Shown in pieces: positions 59,601-64,000 of a DNA stretch of 64,000 nucleotides. Both the position numbers and the translations under genes were made by a program. The DNA lies in the IMG/VR virus record IMGVR_UViG_3300030098_002223; one strand, 5' to 3'. This DNA comes from an uncultured virus (IMG/VR IMGVR_UViG_3300030098_002223) (Duplodnaviria > Heunggongvirae > Uroviricota > Caudoviricetes). The first letter of the stretch is position 1, and each line of letters starts with the position of its first letter. The notes under the pieces are model-generated. The model had not been told where the DNA came from and did no database searches. It saw only the letters and a program-made list of their open reading frames with translations.

Positions 59601-62163
59601 ACCAAATAGATTGGGATATGAACTTTTTGGTTCTCCTTATGCTAGTGGTACAGTGGGTTCATTTTATTATGACCCTGCTGTAGGTAATAATCAATATCCT
59701 GTCACAGGTGGTAAAGATGTAACAACAAAGATATGTATGGGAACTGGTTCACAAAATAATTTTATGTCTACTGATGGATTAACACAAAAAGGATTTATAC
59801 AAGTTAATATATCAGATTCAGGAAGTACTACTGCTATAACTGATGTTACACAGGATGACCCTGCTGTAGTAACTGCCAATTCACATGGTTTTAGTAATGG
59901 TGATAAGGTGGGTATAGTTGATGTAGTTGGAATGACGGAATTAAATGGAAATACATATATTGTCGCAAATAAAACAGCAAATACATTTGAATTAACTGGA
60001 GTAGATTCATCTGGTTATTCTGCTTATACTTCTGGAGGAATTGTAAGTTTAACTTGGGATAATTATTACCAAAACTGGGGTCAAAAAGAAAACATATTAT
60101 GTTCTACTAAAGTTGTAGATGTACCTCAGGGTGGTAACGATTTAGCAACAAATCAACTCCGTTTAAGTGATACAACTGTAATTAACCCCTACAATAAAAA
60201 CGAACAATATATTTTATTTTCTTATGGATTTACGTATTCTGCTGCTAATTATAAGATATTAACATTACAAGGTGGTAAAGCTGGTATAGGTGATGATGGT
60301 TTGGTTACTTTCAATGAAAATGTCACTACTGGAACTTCTGGACAACCTATAGGTCAAGAAACTCAACTTTCATACTTATATTTATCTCCTTATAAATATT
60401 GGATTAATCTAAATGTTAAAGGAGACCAGAATTATAAACCACGTGCCTATTCAGGAGTTGCCCTAGTTAATAATAACATGTCAGGAACTAGCACTTCACC
60501 ATCAACTATAACTGGAACTACTTACAATGAGGCTACCTATACATGGAAAAATGGTTTAGTACAAACAAGGGGTAAATCTGCTACATCAGATAATGAGTGG
60601 AATTTTTTATTAGACCCTGAAGGTGGTACCGCTATAACTCTTAATAAAGATTGGGGTTATGGGATGTATGATACTGAGACTAAAAAAGGTGGTTATATAA
60701 GTTATTTAAGTCCTACGTTAGATTCTTACAATTACATGTCTATTGGAACCTTAATAACTGATGCAACTGTACAGGAAAATGGTAGTTTTAATTTAATGCT
60801 ACGCCAACTACCAAGTGGTTATACTACCGAAATTAAACTTATAGGTGATGAATATGATTCTACAAATAAAGACCAGTATAAACCAACTTTTATATTTGAA
60901 TATGGTGACGCCCCACCTTTTATTAATAATTTTAATGTTAAACCTGCTGTTGATTTATTAGAAAAAGATGTTAATTTATATGAACTAACTACTGAAAATT
61001 TAAATGCAGTTAAATTCAATTGGAGTATAGGTGATGATGATATATGGTATAAAATGATACATATAGATAAAGATGGATACATAGAAAATAAATATCAACA
61101 TGCTAAATTATGGATTCCTTGTAATGAAGAACCACCAAATCTAACTACAGCCCCTGCTATTAATTGGTATAATAAAATAGATAATACTAGTGGTACTGCT
61201 ACTGTGGGTGCTAACGTTAGAAGCTTTATTGATGGTATACAAGGTTATTCTCCACAAATAAGTGGTAATGCAGGAGGTACAGCTTCTATTAGAGTACCAT
61301 ACCGAACTCAAAAAACTATAACTGGAATTACAAAGGCTAATCCTGCCGTAGTAACTGCTACTTCGCATGGTTTTAGTAATGGTGATGAAGTAGATATAAG
61401 CGGTGTGGTTGGAATGACGCAAGTAAATGGAAATACATATACTGTCGCAAATAAAACAGCAAATACATTTGAATTATCTGGAATAGATTCAACTGGTTAT
61501 TCTACTTATACTTCTGGAGGAATTGTATATTTAAACAATAGTAATAGTGCCTTTAATGGTTTATCTGAATTTACTTTTGTAGTGCATGTGACTTTTGACG
61601 CTAGTGAAAAAGGTAGTAATACGATAATATTAGGTCAAGGACTACCGGGAGCTGGAGTTCTACTAAAGAAAAACGCTAACGATTGTATAATTTTTGAACA
61701 TGACCATGGTGTAGGTCCTGATTCTTGTACTGGTTCTAAAGTAGTTAATTGTGACGGAAAGACTCCATATGCAATTGCAGTCACTTATAAATACCAGAGT
61801 GAAGCAGGTCCAGATGTCCAATTGTTTGTTGATGGTACGTTAGATGCATATATAACAGACGCTCAATCTGCCCCTGACACAACTGACCATTTTGAATTGG
61901 GGTGGTATATTGCTACACTTCCTACCGGTTGGAATTATTTCCAAGGAAGGATTGAAGAATTTGTATTATGGGATAAACACTTTATAGTTACTGATAATGA
62001 TGAATATATTTATAATACCGCAGATTTAACGGATTTAACATCGTCAAAAACAAATACATGGTCTGCAAGAATGTTTGCTTATGACTATCATAACATTAGA
62101 GGTAGTACATATAAAGAGGTAGCTTCTAGTAAAAATATTTCATGGAGGACTACGCCAGTATGA
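56605..62163 (+). CDS. Large tail-tip/receptor-binding protein with two PAVVT..HGFSNGD repeats and C-terminal LamG
   Basis: follows TMP; repeats and LamG motifs visible. Confidence 0.75.
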   Translation: MPSTNLKVKPNRFYVEQPITVGQTLFDGHGDFSNKKDTFYNVRSGNNSNYIVLSGSVDSSDHIARGKYSLMDGYMRTYTSSMNLDDSDGSIPTLQLFALHNHYDISEGGMNFARTTIAGTITATSGSATITGVGTDFDGTTGDFKEYFYYGTYQGGAKVWIGPVGSREQYEVLSIASDTSLTLTSNYTGTTTSTTQLQKDDIMGADVTSFVSSYTQPSLNFEENFDGLDAKLSSVTEYRREGANAVVKNGNPFVNCADEEWWYFVKADASRKYMAPVGQKKVKQLMEDHAWYPAAAMNTYEARAEAGGGGTYTSAAVSTYGTPISRQMNNPNAPGVLSDGDLLINSYTREGAAARGFGAGRMYLSKLEDTYYRILKHDGSFTGYGISLSEDRVRRVIKFDSQQAFNPDPENTVNTTNNNTIFDKLYTSFSFENPFTATTEVPIVNSTIELQSDVVKSGANAARIYHLWDYSPDNEDVQKYLGRDNSLNSQTAYMAKYNLPYPITQDMSLDRLGDRRTYLPYVSMDMNISKLQPSVLYNLQDYAGGSTSITGNMINDPSVLYSGSDFQAANWGNGSTTRKKAMTFLRSVVVTFSNYKPLDSHTCLEDFLQYGFDNAYGTSQNRESIVGGVTFNRLGMDGADIENEFIYAQALPIVKEDSTLSYNEQWYNSLTNRGFGLAKIVSGSGAGKMQQMIMKPANINNTITATNSDTPRVVKIPMNQFFNMKFYIDSEARQGTTINSRNPYSGFPASSNGVTMRCVFETDTVSEDSDSQDLYTDMPYLDVNFSVSGGNANSGASTGGTTPSFGMGDYFLDTHDVTAMYPKHMIIWVQNYRFVSSTETEFAYGDNQILDTADGAAIEAEVYIDDIKGVDFYKDLNNLTVKDNTPSTLIFPQGETVDSPLRYLENGSIDLTSFNAGTTSASVNANTTIQNYSPATYWSIGLDSKLDLPVSGSSTARRGYFLISDFYSAAAEQVDTIVPDLYSGATLSLVDSTQVGGGRPNRLGYELFGSPYASGTVGSFYYDPAVGNNQYPVTGGKDVTTKICMGTGSQNNFMSTDGLTQKGFIQVNISDSGSTTAITDVTQDDPAVVTANSHGFSNGDKVGIVDVVGMTELNGNTYIVANKTANTFELTGVDSSGYSAYTSGGIVSLTWDNYYQNWGQKENILCSTKVVDVPQGGNDLATNQLRLSDTTVINPYNKNEQYILFSYGFTYSAANYKILTLQGGKAGIGDDGLVTFNENVTTGTSGQPIGQETQLSYLYLSPYKYWINLNVKGDQNYKPRAYSGVALVNNNMSGTSTSPSTITGTTYNEATYTWKNGLVQTRGKSATSDNEWNFLLDPEGGTAITLNKDWGYGMYDTETKKGGYISYLSPTLDSYNYMSIGTLITDATVQENGSFNLMLRQLPSGYTTEIKLIGDEYDSTNKDQYKPTFIFEYGDAPPFINNFNVKPAVDLLEKDVNLYELTTENLNAVKFNWSIGDDDIWYKMIHIDKDGYIENKYQHAKLWIPCNEEPPNLTTAPAINWYNKIDNTSGTATVGANVRSFIDGIQGYSPQISGNAGGTASIRVPYRTQKTITGITKANPAVVTATSHGFSNGDEVDISGVVGMTQVNGNTYTVANKTANTFELSGIDSTGYSTYTSGGIVYLNNSNSAFNGLSEFTFVVHVTFDASEKGSNTIILGQGLPGAGVLLKKNANDCIIFEHDHGVGPDSCTGSKVVNCDGKTPYAIAVTYKYQSEAGPDVQLFVDGTLDAYITDAQSAPDTTDHFELGWYIATLPTGWNYFQGRIEEFVLWDKHFIVTDNDEYIYNTADLTDLTSSKTNTWSARMFAYDYHNIRGSTYKEVASSKNISWRTTPV

Positions 62164-64000
62164 GTTTAGTATGGGAAGATAGTAATGACCCTTCTATTAG
62201 TAGTGTTAATACGGAAAAAACAGCAACACTTACTTTTGATGATGGAGATGTAAGAGCTATTTATATTGACTGGGGTGATGGTACTAGTAATAAAAAGAAA
62301 GAGGCTAATTATCAATGGGTAGAATTGACTGAACCAAAGTCAACTATTAGCGTATCACATACTTATAATAAAGTTGATACGTTTTATCCAGTAATACAAA
62401 CTGTTAATTCTAAGGGGTTTGTTTCTAGATATTATAGTAGACCAGCTTCAAATACTGACTTAGTTCCATATAGTAGTAACTCAGCTATAGCTGGTGCTCA
62501 GATTAATGACATAGCACCTAGTGCAATTATGAAAATTGAAAATACTGAAAATAATTCAGGTATAGATAATTCTATATTGCGTGAACAAGGTGCTAAACAA
62601 TTGTATATTGCTATAGCTCCTACACTAACTCGAACTGAGTTAACAGGAACTATAAAACAAGTAACACTCTCAGTTGAAGGTGTGACTCATATTAATTCAT
62701 TAGTACAGAATTCTACTGATGACACAGAAGCTCAGTTTGGTTTAGGTTCTATGTCTAAACTACAAACTTTAGAGTTTGATATAGATTTTACAACCGCAGC
62801 TAACCAGTATGGTGTATACGATTTCTATGGCGAAGCAAATAGTAATACAGTAGGTTTATGGTCTCAAGTATTAAAGTTTACCTATGTGAGTTGTAAGGCT
62901 ACAGGAACCACTGCGGCAGCTGTAGATACTGATTATACTACCAATGAAGTATTTAATAGATTAAAAATATTCTTGGTTACCAAAGCGGCCGATGGTAAAT
63001 ATTATCCTATTTCTTATGTTAGCGCTGGTTCACCGATAAAAATTGCTGATGACAGTACTAGATACAGTACTTTAGATATGGGACAAAGTAGGGCAGCAGC
63101 TTCTAATAAAACTATATCTAATTATAGATATGATAGTGGTAAAGGGTGGTTAAGCCCTATTAAGCAATGGGATTTAGAAACCATAGTAGGCACTACTAAG
63201 ACCTTGGGTTCTGGAACTAAGCAAACTTCTTCTATAGTAACACAACATTACTCTTATTTAATCAATCCTATTGGGTTGAACAATGTAGCAGCACAAGCCT
63301 TATTTGGCTCAGGTGGCGCTAACATATATCCTTGGTATAACCCACCCATTGGAGGAGCTACTACTTCAGGTAATCTCAGAGAAGACTCAGTAGGGCTCGA
63401 TGATTTTGGAAGGTTATATGACCAATATTATTGCACAAGAACTTCTGTGCAGGCTTCTTCTAACTCAGGTAGTTCGATTAATAGTAATCAACCAGAAGTA
63501 TTTAGAATATCTCCTGCACCAGATTGGTCTACACCACAGAGTATAACTGAAACTCCCGTGAGTGACCATACCTCTGCTATGTTAAATAATGGTAGTGGTA
63601 ATTCTTTTAAATTAAGTTCTGTTAATGCTGAAACTCAAAAGGATATTAAAAATGCAGACTCTTTAACGCAAGAAGCAGAATATTTATTATTAACGTTTGA
63701 TAGTAAAACTAATAAAATATTTTTTAATGCTACTAATTATACAAACGGATTACAATCTGGTTTAGATGGTTATACTAACAATAGTGGTTTAAAGGTAGCA
63801 GGTGTTGAGTATTTACATATAGATGAAAGTGGTACTAAAAAACAAAATGCTTATTGGAAAAATGTAGACTTTGTTGATACTACAAAAATATATAGAGAAA
63901 AAAGAAATACTAGTACTAAAAAATATAATAGTTTCCATACTTCATTTGCTAAATCTGGTTTTATTAGTTTTGATATGCCAAATGATTGGTCTAACACTTC
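62160..64000 (+). CDS. tail protein with N-terminal PKD-like domain (truncated by window end)
   Basis: ATGA overlap; MSLVWED...IDWGDG...SHTY; frame appears to run off the window. Confidence 0.7.
   Translation, partial: MSLVWEDSNDPSISSVNTEKTATLTFDDGDVRAIYIDWGDGTSNKKKEANYQWVELTEPKSTISVSHTYNKVDTFYPVIQTVNSKGFVSRYYSRPASNTDLVPYSSNSAIAGAQINDIAPSAIMKIENTENNSGIDNSILREQGAKQLYIAIAPTLTRTELTGTIKQVTLSVEGVTHINSLVQNSTDDTEAQFGLGSMSKLQTLEFDIDFTTAANQYGVYDFYGEANSNTVGLWSQVLKFTYVSCKATGTTAAAVDTDYTTNEVFNRLKIFLVTKAADGKYYPISYVSAGSPIKIADDSTRYSTLDMGQSRAAASNKTISNYRYDSGKGWLSPIKQWDLETIVGTTKTLGSGTKQTSSIVTQHYSYLINPIGLNNVAAQALFGSGGANIYPWYNPPIGGATTSGNLREDSVGLDDFGRLYDQYYCTRTSVQASSNSGSSINSNQPEVFRISPAPDWSTPQSITETPVSDHTSAMLNNGSGNSFKLSSVNAETQKDIKNADSLTQEAEYLLLTFDSKTNKIFFNATNYTNGLQSGLDGYTNNSGLKVAGVEYLHIDESGTKKQNAYWKNVDFVDTTKIYREKRNTSTKKYNSFHTSFAKSGFISFDMPNDWSNT

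Noticed and set aside
59830..61527. DGR template/variable repeat pair
   Set aside because: Both copies are coding, differences are not adenine-specific, and there is no reverse transcriptase in the window.

Overview
The window is a large part of a tailed (HK97-fold, siphovirus-like) archaeal virus genome. The archaeal assignment rests on BRE-TATA promoters throughout, an archaeal-type aIF-1A, and a PolB ending in a PCNA-binding PIP box. The host is most likely Marine Group II/Poseidoniales (a magrovirus); that is inference from gene content. There are two divergent arms. The minus arm (1 to ~20.9 kb) carries replication and accessory genes: PolB, MazG, aIF-1A, an MCM-like AAA+ ATPase, Hsp20, WYL, a CrtB-like prenyltransferase, RecU, a pyrimidine-dimer glycosylase, MoxR-vWA and many Zn-finger microproteins. 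The plus arm (21.1-64 kb) carries a Cas4-like nuclease, membrane proteins, terminase, portal, protease/scaffold, capsid, ~16 kb of fibre genes, neck, two tail tubes, a frameshifted chaperone, tape measure and tail-tip proteins. The most striking unexplained signal is non-coding. (i) At 16.6-19.2 kb there is a tiled array of compact, stem-closed structured RNA modules, many ending in a shared helix+ACCUUA tail that recurs after the capsid gene. (ii) At 11.16-11.57 kb there is a ~355-nt multi-domain RNA preceded by an H-type pseudoknot. (iii) A family of leaderless early promoters carries a CAC-N4-GTG operator abutting the BRE. (iv) A 55-bp-period iteron-like array lies at 16.35-16.56 kb, and its ACTGAGA core is scattered through the whole minus arm. 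All RNA structures were identified by eye from base complementarity, not by folding or covariance software.
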